Below are positions 1 to 14,585 of a stretch of 64,000 nucleotides of DNA, piece by piece. A model generated the notes under the pieces. It was not told where the DNA came from, did not search any database, and saw only the letters and a list, made by a program, of their open reading frames with translations. The translations under genes and the position numbers were made by a program. Each line of letters opens with the position of its first letter. Positions within the stretch are counted from its first letter, which is position 1. Origin of the DNA: Octopus bimaculoides (taxonomy: Eukaryota). The stretch is from assembly GCF_001194135.2 (NCBI RefSeq), contig NC_068981.1, positions 73,926,773 through 73,990,772 of the forward strand. The letters run 5' to 3'.

Positions 1-1893
1 CCTAGTCTGGACATGTTTTCATGGAAAACTGTAAACAGACTTTTTATGATGTTGACATTCGTTTACAATTAACAAGTTCTAAGACAAGGGCACAAACATA
101 TATGCATATGTACATATATACATGATAGGTTTCTTTTTTAGTTTCTGTCTACTAAATCCACTCACAAGGCTTTGATTGACCCGAGACTATAGTAAAAGAC
201 ATTTGCTCAAGGTGTCACCCAGTGGGACTGAACCAAAGATTATGTGGCTGTGAATCAAACTTCTTAACCATACAGCCATACATGTGCCTTACACTGTGGT
301 GATTTTTAGAGCAAATTCAAAGAAAATAGATAATCACAAATAAATAAATAAATCACCAAATGAATTAATTCCAATTTCTTTTTAAATAGATATGTATTTT
401 ACTTTCGTAGCTTCAGCAGAATGGTTTTAGATATTTATATTCTATACAATGTGTCCAAACGTGATTTACAACCAAATTAACAAAAATGAGTTAAAGGAAA
501 ATGGCTGAAAATATTTAAAAAGAAAAGCAAACTTTAAAAATAAATGAGTTTGATAAAGATAAATACAAATAAATGTATATGGTTCTGGCTATGTTATTGA
601 ATTATTTTTTTGCTACATTCAAATTGCTGTGAAGATTATAAGATTTAGAGTAAACAAAATATGTGGTATTAGGATACAAACAAAAATCAATTTACTTCTT
701 GGTTTCTGTCTGTACTATTTTATATGAAATATTCTTATTAAATTACATTTTAAGCTTTACATATAAACACACATCTATACATACATATATTATGTGTACT
801 ACTGATGTAATATTATCTATATGACAATTTTCAGTCTGTAGTCATTTTTAGTCACGATTAATAAACCAGTGTACCCATTCCAATGAAGGAAGAGTGACAG
901 AAGAAAAAAATAAAGTAGGGATGAGAAAGTCTAAAACAAACAGAATGGCTCCCTTGATAATTCTCCTGTCAAGTTTAAATAATGTTTTACTTATGCATTT
1001 ACTTTGCCATATTATACAAGAGGCATGGTTATGTTGTGTGAATAATCACATGATTAAAACACTAAATCTCATGCCCATGTGATTTCTGACTTCCGTCTCA
1101 GCTTATTGACAAGGAGAGAGAGAGACACACAGCCATGCAAGATATGCAACTTCCATCAGAAAAGCAAAAGGGAAATCCACAAACTCAAAACCACACATAT
1201 GACATTTAGGGAATTAAGAAATTAACATGCACAACAATATCTTCATTTAATTATACCAAAAGTGCAAAGTTTCCAAGATCTGGAAATCAGACAAAATTCT
1301 AGTACTTATCTTCAAAATTCTTAGGAAAACAAACATTTATTATATTGGCTTCAAATTTTGACACAAAGCCATCAATTTCAGGGGTGTGGGTATAAGTCTA
1401 TTACATTGACCCCTATGCTCAACTGGCGTCTAGGCAATAACAGCCCCATAAGGACAAAAGGTAATGTCAATCCCAACCAATGTGGTGTTCATTTATTACA
1501 TTAGCAACTCATTACCATTCCAAATTCAAAACATGGATTCAAGCCTCTGTAGTCAGTAATAACAGAGTCTTACACAAAGAACATGTGACAGCTATAACAC
1601 TCAAAGCTATTACATATGCCACCATAAGTATCATTGACATCATTTGACTACACTTGTCACAAACCACATATAAACAAAATACAAAGCAATTTGATAGCCA
1701 ACACAATATGCTGCTTAGTTTACAAAGCTTGTGCAACCTACAATACAGATACAAAATCTGTAATTTCCAGAACCAAGCACAGCAAAGATATGTAAACTTA
1801 TCACCAGCATTCCATCACCATTCACATGATATATATATATATATATATAATTGTGATTTCGAATCTTGTTGAATATATATATANNNNNNNNNN

Positions 1894-1941
<48 letters not shown>

Positions 1942-2378
1942 TTATATGATTGATAAAAGAAGATGAGTTTAACCCTAAGCGTTAAAAGCCGCTGATGAGA
2001 ATTAAGGTGTCAACAAGATTCGAAATCACAATTCTGTTTCATACAATAGGGGCTTACCTCTCATTGTCAATCATTGAGTTGTGATTTGTAGCTTTGGAGT
2101 TAATTTAACTCTTATTTTAGCATAAACAGTGCTGGCTAGCACCCTCAGTCACTTTTGCAACCTCTATTAATTTTGCCTCTAGGTTCTAATTGCTAATAAG
2201 CGAACCTTTTTATTAGTGTGTGTGTGCGCGCACACACTGTAGTTTAACTAAAAGACCAATCTTCAGAATGTTTCATGGTAAGTTAAGCAGTCAACCCTAC
2301 TACAGATAGCAAGCAGTTTCATTGTACATCACAGACAATAAATGCATTTGACAGGTTACCATATGCAGTTTGCTTTAA

Positions 2379-2604
2379 CCCTTTAGCACTTAAAACAGCC
2401 ATAACAGGCCCAAATATTCTACCAGTTCTATGTTCAAATTGACGAGATCTGGCTTCTCACATCTACTCCACAATCTCATACCAAAAATATACCAATAATG
2501 TAAGCACATTATTGAAATTGCAAAGCTACAAGACAAAACCTGATTAATTCAAAATGATGTGAATAAATATTAACATTTGACAGAGTAAGCTGAATGTTAA
2601 TGAA
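2379..2604 (-). mobile_element. piggyBac-type MITE, family 1
   Basis: TTAA flanks; reverse complement of 11308-11527 with a degenerate right TIR. Confidence 0.75.
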
Positions 2605-3668
2605 TTAAGAAAGCAAATGACTGTAGATCAATATAAATTCAAAGAAAGGAACATGTGTATGATGAGCTGTCTACCAAATCCATTCACAAAATTTCTTCAA
2701 CATGGGGCTATAAGAGACACTAGTCAAAGGTGCCCTGCAGTGGGATTTTACCTGGAACCAAATTGTTGTTGGCACTCCATCACTTACGACATCGAGGGTT
2801 CCAGTTGAACCGATCAACGGAACAGCCTGCTCGTGAAATTATCGTGCAAGTGGCTGAGCACTCCAGAGACACGTATACCCTTAACGTAGTTCTCGGGGAT
2901 ATTCAGTGTGGCATAGTGTGACAAGGCTGGCCCTTTGAATTACAGGCACAACAGAAACAGGAAGTAAGAGTGAGAGAAAGTTGTGGTGAAAGAATACAAC
3001 AGGGTTCGCCACCATCCCCTGCCGGAGCCTCGTGGAGCTTTAGGTGTTTTTGCTCAATAAACACTCACAATGCCTGGTCTGGGAATCGAAACCGTAATCC
3101 TAAGATCACGAGTCTGCTGCCCTAACCACTGGGCTATTGCACCTCCACTGCCTGGAACCAAATGGTTAGGAAGCAAACTTAACCACACACCTACATCTAC
3201 ACAAATGAAAATTCATTCTAGAATAATGCATGAAGGGAAAACCTTGAGTTGAAATTTCTCCATACCCCTGAGTAATATTTGTACATTGCTTTGTGTGCAA
3301 GTCCCAACAGCGACACAATCACACACACATACATATAGTGATGTACCTTTGAGTTTAATTGACTGTCCCTACACCAACATCAACTATTGATAGATGTCAT
3401 CATATAAACAGTAGCAGGTTGGCAAAGTTGTAAGAATTAGAAAGAATTGCAGTATTTTCCCAGTTCTCAGTTCAAATCCAGCTGTGGGTAACTTGGCCTT
3501 TCATCATCATCGGGTCGATAAAATAAAGCACAAGTTTAATACAAGGGTTAATATATATATACATAATTACATTTTGATATAATTGATATATAATATGTAA
3601 GTTCATAGGAAGGAGTATACCCCTCCACTTGAAATTGCTAACTTTGTGCCTAAGCTAGAAACAATACT

Positions 3669-4039
3669 CTTTTACTTGTTTCAGTCATTTGACTATGGCC
3701 ATGCTGGAGGACCGCCTTTAGTCGAGCTAATCAACCCCAGGACTTATTCTATGTTAGCCTAGTACTTATTCTATCGGTCTCTTTTTGCCCAACCGCTAAG
3801 TTACGGGGATGTAAACACACCAGCATCGGTTATCAAGCGATGTTGGGGGGGGGGACAAACACATACACATATATACAATGGGCTTCTTTCAGTTTCCATC
3901 TACCAAATCCACTCACAAGGCTTTGGTCGGCCCGAGGCTATAGTAGAAGACACCTGCCCAAGGTGCCACGCAGTGGGACTGAACCCGGAATTATGTGATT
4001 CGTAAGCAAACTACTTACCACACAGCCACTCCTACGCCT
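3669..4039 (-). mobile_element. tRNA-derived SINE family A
   Basis: Head ggcgtaggagtggctgtgtggtaag...gttcagtcccactg, central CA/TA microsatellite, tail ...gactgaaacaagtaaaag. Confidence 0.85.
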
Positions 4040-6315
4040 ATAATAATATATTAAATCTTAAGAGTTTTATGGTTTCAACAAGACTTCATTACATATTGGA
4101 TTTCTTTCTTAATATCATTTCCCAACAAACCATTACCAATAAATATTTGTTGTAAATGATTCAAGTTTAACAGAAATAAAACAAAAAAAAAAACAGTTCC
4201 TACATATTTAACGGACCAAACTATGTTCTTCGTATACAGACATTAAACCATTCTTTCAATTTCCACCTTTTATCGAAACACCAAATGCTGAACAAGAAAT
4301 ATTGTCTACTTAAGAGCTCTTGCTGTGCAAAATACTTTTCTGTTAAAATTGATTCTGTTTTATGTGGTACTTAACAATTTGGAATTGCAACAATTTTTTT
4401 TAAAAAAAGGACAGGGAGAGTATTTTTATAAAATCATGAAATTAAAATTAACAATAAACACAGTATTGGAAGATTTACACTACACAGAAGCTTGAAAAAC
4501 ATTCCACTTATCTACACACATGCAAAATCACAACATAACTTATTGTAACAAAATGAAAAAAAAATGGTGACTATATATTTAGCATTCAGGCAAAGCAAAG
4601 CAACTCCATTTAAAACAGTAGGGAGTTTCTGAGAGAGAATGAGCTACCAAAAGCAGGTTAATTGATTTCATACAAGCTTCTTTGTTAGCAAATGCTTTGC
4701 TAAGATCACATTAAAAGGTCTGAAAGCTCTGTAAGCTAAAGCTATATTTTACTAGAAAGTAGCAGTTAGAGAAGATATCCCCTGAACTTGAAATCTACAA
4801 TGTAACCACCTAGATTTTGATATTAACAACTATATCTTCCTTACCAAAAGGAATTAGAGATCTGCTTAAAAGGTCACTCATATTGAATTGCAAATGTTAA
4901 CTTAACAGTCAGACAAAATTTGTTTCAAGTCTCAACTGTTAGACTGTGTTTCAAACAATAACTAGAAGTCTTTTTTCTAAATTCAAAGAATCTAAGTCAC
5001 AAATCATCGGCATTTAAACATGAAATTTTGTCTTATGTACATCCTCTTTGATCTGAGCAATTTGTAAAGCAGTCTATAATGTTCTATGCATTTAAAGTAT
5101 TATATTATGCAATAGAAGTGAGACATGAAGTAAAATGGCATTGAGATTTATATATACTTAACACTTGGGCCTAGATAAGATCATATTACAATTATAGCAT
5201 TCTTGTACAAGGAACACAACTTGGCTTGCACCAATTTGGCTGACTGGTAACAGTCAGAGTCCACTCCTACACCATAGCAGAATGGTTACTGGTTAACAAA
5301 TGGTATCCAGCAGGACAATCATTTTTTCAACAAATATCACCCCAGTCATGCAAACATAGAAAATTGGATGGATGTAAGATGCTATTTAAAGGAAGTGTAG
5401 CACATGTACAGAGTTGAGAGAAAGAACAAGAAATCCATCAATGAACAAATCAATAGAAAAGATCACCAGTATTAAAGCATCAACACGATAGAGAAGAGTA
5501 TTTAGCTAGAGCTATTTCACACAGCTTCACGCAATTTCAATTTCATCTATTTATGTTCCAAATTCAAGCCATACCAAGACTGCCTTTCATCCCACCAAAG
5601 TTAATAAAAACAAAACATCGATAATACATTAGGGTCAATTCAATCAGCCGTGTCTCTATCCAATAAAATTTAGTCTTGTACTTAGTTGAAAAGAATCAAA
5701 ATTAAATTGAACAAAAGTCTTATGGAACTTTCACCTTTCGTTAACAAATTAAATGCTAGAATCTGTTCATCTGAAATGAATTTTTTATTGGGAATCTAAT
5801 GAAATTATTTCATCAGCAATCAGTGTTTTTCTTAGTTTTGTGTCATTTAATAGTTGATAAAGGTCTGACGTGAACATAGATTTAGAAAAATTTATTCTAT
5901 TTTAACTGGATAAAAGGATTTTTTTTTTTTTTTTGTTAGTGAAAATGTGAAATAATTGATTAGATCACTTCAAAGTTCTATCTTTTCTCTCTTCTACTGC
6001 TGCTTACAACAACCTAAGCCTCCTTGATGCATACTTTCTATCATTCACAGAATATCTTTGTGACCAGTCACTATATGATACACTTTTAGTCCAGCTGTTC
6101 TTTCACACAACTGCGCTCTTCAAACTCACTTCCTGTCAAAATTCTTTCAACTATAAATCTCCAAGTCAAAACTATACATAAATCACATTCAAGCCTCTTC
6201 AAAAGGTCATTCATTCCTATTCTCCAGTAAAAGAGAGCTTAAAGAAATAATGAGCACATCTATTCTTGCTTCTCTTCTTCACTAATATTAGTAGTACTTA
6301 TTTTATCATTTAAAT

Positions 6316-6539
6316 CAGTGGGTCCACAAAAGATTTTGTTATTGAAAATTGCATGCAATAAATTGGTTATCCTTTGACAATACACAATACTCTAACAATT
6401 TTGCTTATAGAATTCCTAATGATATTTAATTATAGAAATATAATGGGACTTTCTAAAACACTGAATGTTTATTAGGGTCCAGTAGAGTAAAATAGGAATT
6501 AAAGGTGGGGCAAAGGGAAAAAATGGTTGAGAACCATTG
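6316..6539. mobile_element. hAT-type MITE, left end deleted
   Basis: Related to 35253-35533; right TIR TTGAGAACCATTG; flanks ATTTAAAT/GTTTAAAT. Confidence 0.65.
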
Positions 6540-6551
6540 GTTTAAATGAAT

Positions 6552-6867
6552 TTTCTTTTTTTATGCACCCTTTCAAAGCCTAGCCAGGCTCATGGGCCCG
6601 GTTTCCCAGTTTCTATGGCGTGTGTGTTCCCCCCAGCTGGACGGGACGCCAGTCCATGGCAGTGTTACTCAAGAAACAGGAAGAAAAGAGTGAGAGAAAG
6701 TTGGGGCGAAAGAGTACAACAGGGGTCGCCACCACCCCCTGCCGGAGCCTCGTGGAGCTTAAGTGTTTTCGCTCAATAAACACTCACAATGCCCGGTCTG
6801 GGGATCGAAACTGCAATCCTCCGACCACGAGTCCGCTGCCCTAACCACTGGGCCATTGCGCCTCCAC
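6552..6867 (-). mobile_element. tRNA-derived SINE family D, young copy
   Basis: Head ggaggcgcaatggcccagtggttagggcagcggactc, A-rich tail, 9-bp TSD TAAATGAAT (6543-51 and 6868-76). Related copies at about 2760-3147 (-), 29275-29590 (-) and 28390-28620 (+). Confidence 0.85.
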
Positions 6868-9213
6868 TAAATGAATACTATATTCATATAGTATTCATTT
6901 ACTATATTTAAATGAATACTATATTCACAATCACTGGGATGCAGTGGCCAAGTACAATCTAATATCTAATTTATCTTTATACACTAGTGTTTCTCAAAGT
7001 GAGCAATATCATCATGGATAATTTTAAATGGGTACTTGACAGAAAGGGAATAGTATAGAGCAACACATGCATCGGTACAGCATTTTTGTGTTTTGTCTGT
7101 TGACCTATTTAAATATTAACTTTTAAATGTAATATGATAAACAACGTCTTTGTTAAAATCGCAACATTAATAAAAGACTTCAAAACTGAATAAGTAAATA
7201 AATAAAACCTATTCTATGTTTATAGTAGGACGGTGCTTTAGTAACTAGTTGTCTGGGTCAAACTTTTACATTAACATCATTTTAATTTTCACTTTTCTAT
7301 GCGTGTATGGATTAGACAGAATTCTTTTGGGTAGTCTTTCTACAGCTGAATGCCCATCCTATTACCAGAATTCACATGTTTCCAAGCAAGATAATATTTT
7401 CCCCATACCCAAAAATATCTTTCATGAAAGATTGGAGATGCTCATTTACAATGATACACTCCAACACACACTCCAACACACACACACACACACTCCAACA
7501 CACACACACACTCCAACACACACACACACACACACACTCCAACACACACANNNNNNNNNNNNNNNNNNNNNNNNNNNNNNNNNNNNNNNNNNNNNNNNNN
7601 NNNNNNNNNNNNNNNNNNNNNNNNNNNNNNNNNNNNNNNNNNNNNNNNNNNNNNNNNNNNNNNNNNNNNNNNNNNNNNNNNNNNNNNNNNNNNNNNNNNN
7701 NNNNNNNNNNNNNNNNNNNNNNNNNNNNNNNNNNNNNNNNNNGTGTGTGTGTGTGTGTGTGTGTGTGTGTGGTTGCATGCATACATTAAAAATGGTAAGG
7801 AACGCACTGAATAATAGCAAGGGAGCACTGAATAAATACTAAATAAAAAGGAGTTAAAAACATTTGAGAAGTAATGATTTGCACATTACATCAAATTCAA
7901 TATCTTCAAATCGATTAACAATACCCTAGCAGGAATTTAGATTATTTTTTTTTCTTCTTTATGTTTCCACTGGTTTAAGGTCACAAGTTATTAGTTTAAA
8001 ATGTAATTAATTGAATTAACCCCCAGAATTTTAACTCCAGATATATGAAACAGAGTCAGTCCAAGATGGGCTTTCATTCAAATTGTGGATGAAGACAACT
8101 AAATACTGTAAAGCATTAGTCCAAGCCTTGACCATTTTGCCAACATACCAACATCATAAAACAGAATCTATTCAAATGTCTGGCTTTAAAATATATTTTA
8201 TTGATTTGGATAGACATGATCTTGGTTGAAAACCAGACCAAAAACAACAATCAATGTGAATGTTGAGTATTATTTCATATCAGTTACAATCCACACAGAA
8301 AATATATAATTTATTTATCAATGTATTAGTATCATTTTAATGCAAGTTTTACTCAAAGCACTCATACACTATCTCACCCTTCCTTCAAATGTTCAATATG
8401 TCATGGTAGGGTGTGAAGTGGTTGAGAGAGTTATTGTTGGCAGCTAGGCCTAGGAGATAGTTACAGTAGTTTAATCATTCATTCATTTTGGGCAATGTAA
8501 ACCAATAAGATGTGAGCTAATTCTTGATCTTAACCCACCACTGAGCTACTGCCTATTTTCTTACTTCTGTCCAGCACAAGATTTGGCAAGATGTTGCCAA
8601 TGATAGATATAAATGTAAGAGTTAGCACATCCAAAAACCTCAAGAGGACCCTAAGACTCAGTGCCTGGTTCTGGTTTTACAGCACTTAGCAGATAAAGTA
8701 ACTTTCCCTTTGGCTAGTATGGCAGTCCATTGCAGTTGAGATTTCCAAATGATCTGGCATTTATTCGTAACAGGTGAACTGAGGTATGTTGTTGTTTAGC
8801 CCAAAGATCAATCCCAATCAAGCAGATCTATAATCAAAGACATTCAAGCCATAACTATCTCTTTTTTTTTTTTTTTTTTTTTTTTGTCAGTCAGACATTA
8901 ATTAACCAATCCTACCTTTGTTTTGTTTTGTAAGACAGTAGGGTATGGTATGAGAGATTTGTCTGCTATTTCTAGCAAATCGAGCTATTACCAGAGCCCT
9001 CAAAATACATGAAACACTTAAAATAATGGATTTAAGCTCAACACTTATAGGATGGAAGTCCGACATCCTCTCTACTTAACTATTTTTACATGTTGCTTTG
9101 CAAGTTAGCTTGAATGGGGTTGTTCTACTTGTTGATACTCCTACTACAAACAACTATCTCAAGTTAACCTCAGAGCTATTATGCCTCAATTAAGGAAACA
9201 TTATATGAACTAA

Positions 9214-9500
9214 TCATCATCATCATCATTTAACGTCCGCTTTCCATGCTAGCATGGGTTGGACGATTTGACTGAGGACTGGCGAACCAGATGGCTACAC
9301 CAGGCTCCAATCTGATTTGGCAGAGTTTCTACAGCTGGATGCCCTTCCTAACACCAACCACTCCGAGAGTGTAGTGGGTGCTTTTACATGCCACCAGCAC
9401 GAAGGCCAGTCAGGCAGTACTGGCAACGGCCACGCTCAAAATGGTGTATTTTACGTGCCACCTGCACAGGAGCCAGTCCAGCGGCACTGGCAACGACCTC
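9214..9500 (-). mobile_element. RTE 3'UTR copy (truncated LINE or RTE-tailed SINE)
   Basis: Same 3'UTR as 23285-23500, with (GAT)n tail. Confidence 0.8.
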
Positions 9501-11307
9501 AAAATATATTTGTAGCTCCTCCTTAAGAATGAAGCCATTTTCAAACTGACCTATCATACGACATGTGTATTCTATCTTTCTTTGAGATGATGAAACATGA
9601 AGGCAACTTAAATCTGAATTGAACAAGAAGAAAACTAAACTACCCATGACCTGTTAGGTTACCTTGAAAATCTAAGTTTCCCAGCAACAGAATTTTGTTT
9701 TATGTGTTTTGTTTTTTCTTTTCCAGGTTATTTTGCTTGCTTTCAACTTATGTGACATTGAAATCATGTGTAAATGGCTCCCTTCCCCGGAAAAGGAAAG
9801 ATTTGGCTGGTATTTCTTGCACGTCCTGTGACCATGTAACAGGTATTTCAGGTCCTTTATCACAAATAGCTGTTACGTGGTAGCACGACATGCTAGAAAT
9901 AGCAGCCAAATCTTTGGAGCTGAAATACATTGAATGCACTCGAAAAAACTTTTGTAACTGTATTCCTTTGGGGGCGATCTTTCACTTTGACTCTCAGAAC
10001 TGTCGCTTTGACTCTCAGAACTGTCATCTGGATCAGCTGGTTTTGTTCGTTAATTTCCATAAAAAAATTTTATTGATTTACTTTTGTTTTAAAGGGAAAG
10101 AGAAGTGAAAGATGTATGAACATGTATACGNNNNNNNNNNNNNNNNNNNNNNNNNNNNNNNNNNNNNNNNNNNNNNNNNNNNNNNNNNNNNNNNNNNNNN
10201 NNNNNNNNNNNNNNNNNNNNNNNNNNNNNNNNNNNNNNNNNNNNNNNNNNNNNNNNNNNNNNNNNNNNNNNNNAGAGAGAGAGAGAGAGAGAGAGAAAGA
10301 GAAAGAGAGACTTACACATACATGAGAACACAAGTTCACTCACTCTCTCTCTCACAAGCACACGTACATACAAAAAAGTTGTACGCATATGTAATGATGT
10401 ATGTACATATACATGACAACACACCCCTTCACTCTCTCTCTTTCACACACATCCATTTCATATACACATACATACATCTTTCACTTTCTCTTCTCTTTCA
10501 TTTTAAAACAAAAGCAAATAGATAAAAAAAAATTTACAGAAAATAACGACTGGAAAATAATTTTTAAAAAAAACATTAAAATAATGTCTGTTTAAAGAAA
10601 GCTAAAATATAAATACTTACTGTACAAATAACTTACATTTTTGAAATCACATTCAGTTAAAAGATATTTCTAAATGATTAAAATATTGTGTATGTCAAAA
10701 AGTTGACATCTTTTCCTTAAAGAGTGCGAAGACTATGTGTGTGTATGTCACAGACAGCAGACATGTGTTTGCGTTGATTGACATGCCATGACATTATATG
10801 TGTGTATTCTGTATGTGTGTTGATGTCATGGAAGCTATGTTTTTTGTTTTTTTTGTCAAGAAATAAACAAACAAAAATTGTGTTTACTCGCTTTCATTAA
10901 TAAATAGAGGTCCAAATGTCACAAAAATGTGTACTGCACTGCCGAAACAAAGTATGAAAATAAATAAGCAAAAAAAAATTAAGAAAAAATATACTATTTC
11001 TGAGATATTTCGGGTACAAACATCCCTAGAGTTTTAGTATTACTAAAATAGAGCAAAAGCATTAAATACAATAACGTACAACTATGAAGATCAATGAAAA
11101 AGAGAGTTGTAGTGATGTGGATAAGAAAGGATGTATATTCTAAGATGATAACATTTTAAGGGGTTGATGAAATCATACAAAGGAATCAAAGCAAACTTTA
11201 AAAACTATAAGCATAAAATGCACAAAATATTTGCTGGCATTTTTCTTAGGAAAGTTTAGTGAACATAGGCTGTTACGTTACTATATGCAGGGCAATGTTT
11301 AGATTAA

Positions 11308-11527
11308 CCCTTTGGCATTCAGATTTCTCTGTTATACCTAATGTTTCTTTCTTCACATTGATTTGAATTAGTCAAGCATTATTTTGTAGCTCTGAAATTT
11401 CAATGACATGATTATTAATTTTTAGACTAATATCATAAAATAAGCCTGAGAGGCTGGATCTGGCCAGTTTGAAAATAAAACTGGTTGAATATTTTGGCTG
11501 GATATGGCCGGTTTAAATGCTAAAGGG
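11308..11527 (+). mobile_element. piggyBac-type MITE, family 1
   Basis: TTAA|CCCTTTGGCATT...AATGCTAAAGGG|TTAA; 220 bp. Confidence 0.85.
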
Positions 11528-13340
11528 TTAAAAGTATTAGTCTTGGAAGATAATTTGGCCATAAGTATTGCAAAAGGAATGTCATACAATTAAAGGAACA
11601 AATATAATAGGTATGTTCTGTATTACAGGGTTTAATTGTTGCCTAGACATGACCTTGTGTTTAAAGTTTACTAGCAACTATGTTATGTCTGTAAGCAAGA
11701 CAGGCTTATTGCAAAGGTTACCAACACATTTCACTATATATTATAGTGAAGTACTTAGGACAACATCCAGTGGTAAAAACAACTACTAAAAATATATACA
11801 GATATTCAAATTTGAAAAAAATGTCAACACATTTATAACCATGCTTGCATAGAAAAGTAGATGTAAAGCAATACAAAAAAATTATATACTTTACCCACGC
11901 ATATTTTTACATACATAGCTATAAAATGATTCATACATATACAATAATTACAAAGATAATACTACAAAAGAAAAAAAACATATCTCAGTAAAATGTGCAA
12001 TGAGGGTGATTTTTCACTGGTTAAAGTTAACTACAAATTGATAGGATTTGAATTCAAATACATAGTAGATACCTTGTGCATTACATGTTGCACCTCAGTT
12101 TACCTTGTTTGAAATATGCACCAAAATATTTCAAGGGTATTAACTATGTTAGACTGATCCCACATAAGGGAAAAAGTTCTTACCCAGTTAATGTTCTGAA
12201 ACCAGGGCTAGGTATCAGCCTATTTGAGAATGTAACAGCTAGGAAGCTTCTACACAATTGATTGAGTTGACACAAATAGCAGTTGCATCTCGTTCAAATC
12301 ACACCCTATAGGGATGTGGACATACTAGGAGGGAAACATTGGAAAATGTGGTCCTAAATATTCCTAAAAGAATGTAGGATTGTCCCAGCTCAGGTTCAAC
12401 AACAAGATATTACAATTCAAAGCCTTTACTTTTTCAGTGATTTAAGTTAAAACAACAAATATTATCACTAAGCCACATGGACTCCTACAAGAAATTCAGG
12501 CTTTTTGTACGATTGCAAAGAACAAGCTGTGTAAAGTAATGAGGTTAAGAGTGTGATGCTGTGTAAAATATACATTAGGAGGTAACAATAGTGATGTTAT
12601 GTGAAGCCTACATAGAAAGGTAAGGAATACAATGCTGTAGAGAAGCCTTAAGTTGGATGTGCAAAATATTCACAGCAGTAAGGTACAAGCTGATAATGAT
12701 CCAATGGATGGACATTGATAGCATGGTTGTGTTTTGTTTCATTTTCTTAATTATTTAATCAAAGGAAGACAGGCTGCACTCATGCCCCTTATCAGTTCTC
12801 AAACTAGTAGAACAAAGTTATTTTCAAACCAGAGACCTAGCTTGAATGTTTGCAATGATAGTGTGGATTCCACGAAAGATATCTATGGACTAGGAAGCAG
12901 TGTTAACAAAAGTGTATTTAACCTGAGAAAGTGCTTGGGCTTTATAAGTATCAGTTCATGTGTGCAGGCAAGATAAATTAGCTGTTTGATAATGTGATGC
13001 AAACAGAGAATACAAGCTGGATGGAACAATGCCATAGGCTGACAATAAATGGTTTCCATAGTAAGTGCTAACCTAAGAATATTAACCGAAAAGGAGATTA
13101 GGATAGTGCAGGATCAAGTAGATGCAGATGGTTTCTTTATTAAAGAAACATGAAATGGGCAGAAAATAAAGGACACCTTCATCTATTTGTTTTTCAATAT
13201 TCCTGATGTGAAATCATGTATTGAAATTATGTATAGAAACAGATATTGCTATACTGGAGGATGGTGATATTTTGCAAATTAAACACAAGTACTTTATATT
13301 AAGTCTTCACTTCATTTTTATTATCATTATTTTATTTTAA

Positions 13341-13555
13341 AGGTGGTGAGCTGGTAGAACCATTAGCACACCGGGCTAAATGCTTAGTGGTATTTCACTT
13401 GTCACCACGTTCTGAGTTCAAATTCTGCCGAGATTGACTTAGCCTTTCATCCTTTCAGGGTCAATAAATTAAGTACCAGATGAACATTGGGGTTGATGTA
13501 ATCGACACATCCCTTCCCCCAAAATGGCTGCCCTTGTGGCAAAATTTGAAACCAT
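13341..13555 (+). mobile_element. tRNA-derived SINE family B
   Basis: ggtggtgagctggtagaa...gcctttcatcctttcagggtcaataaattaagtaccag...ccaaaatttgaaacc pattern. Further copies at about 19845, 20085, 22680, 36380, 37820, 50150, 50775, 51197, 56835 and 59375. Confidence 0.85.
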
Positions 13556-14229
13556 TATTATTATTTTAGCTTTTTTATCACAGCTCTTTTGTCACATCCT
13601 GTGACCTCTTCAGCATCTCTTTATCACACGTGTCTTCTCTTGTTCCACTTATTACACGTGTCTTCTCTTGTTCCACTTTTGGAATAAGCAGATCAAGAGG
13701 AAACATGTGGGATAATGAGTGGCTGAAATCATGACCAAATATATAGTGCATGTGTTTAATTGGCAAAATATGACCATCCTCAAGTATAACAATAATAAAG
13801 GACACTTTTCCAAGTAAGAACAAAAAATATGAAAAGACTTTAGATGGAAAAACGATTCTCATGAACACTTGAGAATCATTTTTCCCTACTGGCATGAGCT
13901 AGATAAATTTGCAAAACAGCACATATTGGATCCTTTCGATCTAGGCTCACTCAATTGTCTAGGGAGGCCCTACATTTTCAGATGCCTTTCATCAAAGCTG
14001 TCAACAACTCTATGCACTTGAATGTCCATTCTCTCTCAAGTTTCCAGAGATCCTAGAGCACTTTTTTGTAAACACAAACTATGCTATATTCCCCCAATGA
14101 GGATTAAACTCCCAGAATAGGAAAACTTATAAAACAAAATCAGAAACCCATGAAAATTTGCTCAAGGATTATGAAAAGAACAGAGAAATACACATTAACC
14201 TATTATATTCTCACCTTCATACAAAGTGT

Positions 14230-14585
14230 CTCAGTGAAATCACTGCTTGTTTACATCTTTATAAATAGCTTGAACATCTCTCACAAGGTATTCATCTACG
14301 CTTTCAGGCAACAAATAACAAAAGATTGAACTTTGTCACCTTGCCAAATGCTTTCTCTCCATCAATAAATGTAAATTGGAGCTCTTTTCTTTCAGGTTAA
14401 AAGCTTCTTTTGTAGAGATTTCATTGATAGTTTAACATCTTTGATTCTAAGTCGTAGCATAAACTTATACTGTATTATTTTCAGCTCAAGTATGTTTGTA
14501 TTAATTTCTTAGTGACTTCCGTAACTATATTCATAATCTGATCCACCAATTTAAAGCAGTTGCAATTCTCCTCTCCCCTTAACTT
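14230..14585 (-). mobile_element. RTE-clade LINE RT remnant
   Basis: Frameshifted reading includes FIDGEKAFGKV (FVDLEKAFDRV-like) preceded by QYKFM (QFGFM-like). Confidence 0.6.

Noticed and set aside
6790-6867. tRNA gene-like sequence
   Set aside because: It is the A/B-box head of a SINE, continuous with the SINE body and bounded by a TSD.
9727-9756. Plus-strand acceptor followed by GYFACF, resembling WDR45B exon 2 (GCFACG)
   Set aside because: Wrong strand for the gene and reaches a stop after FQLM; coincidence.
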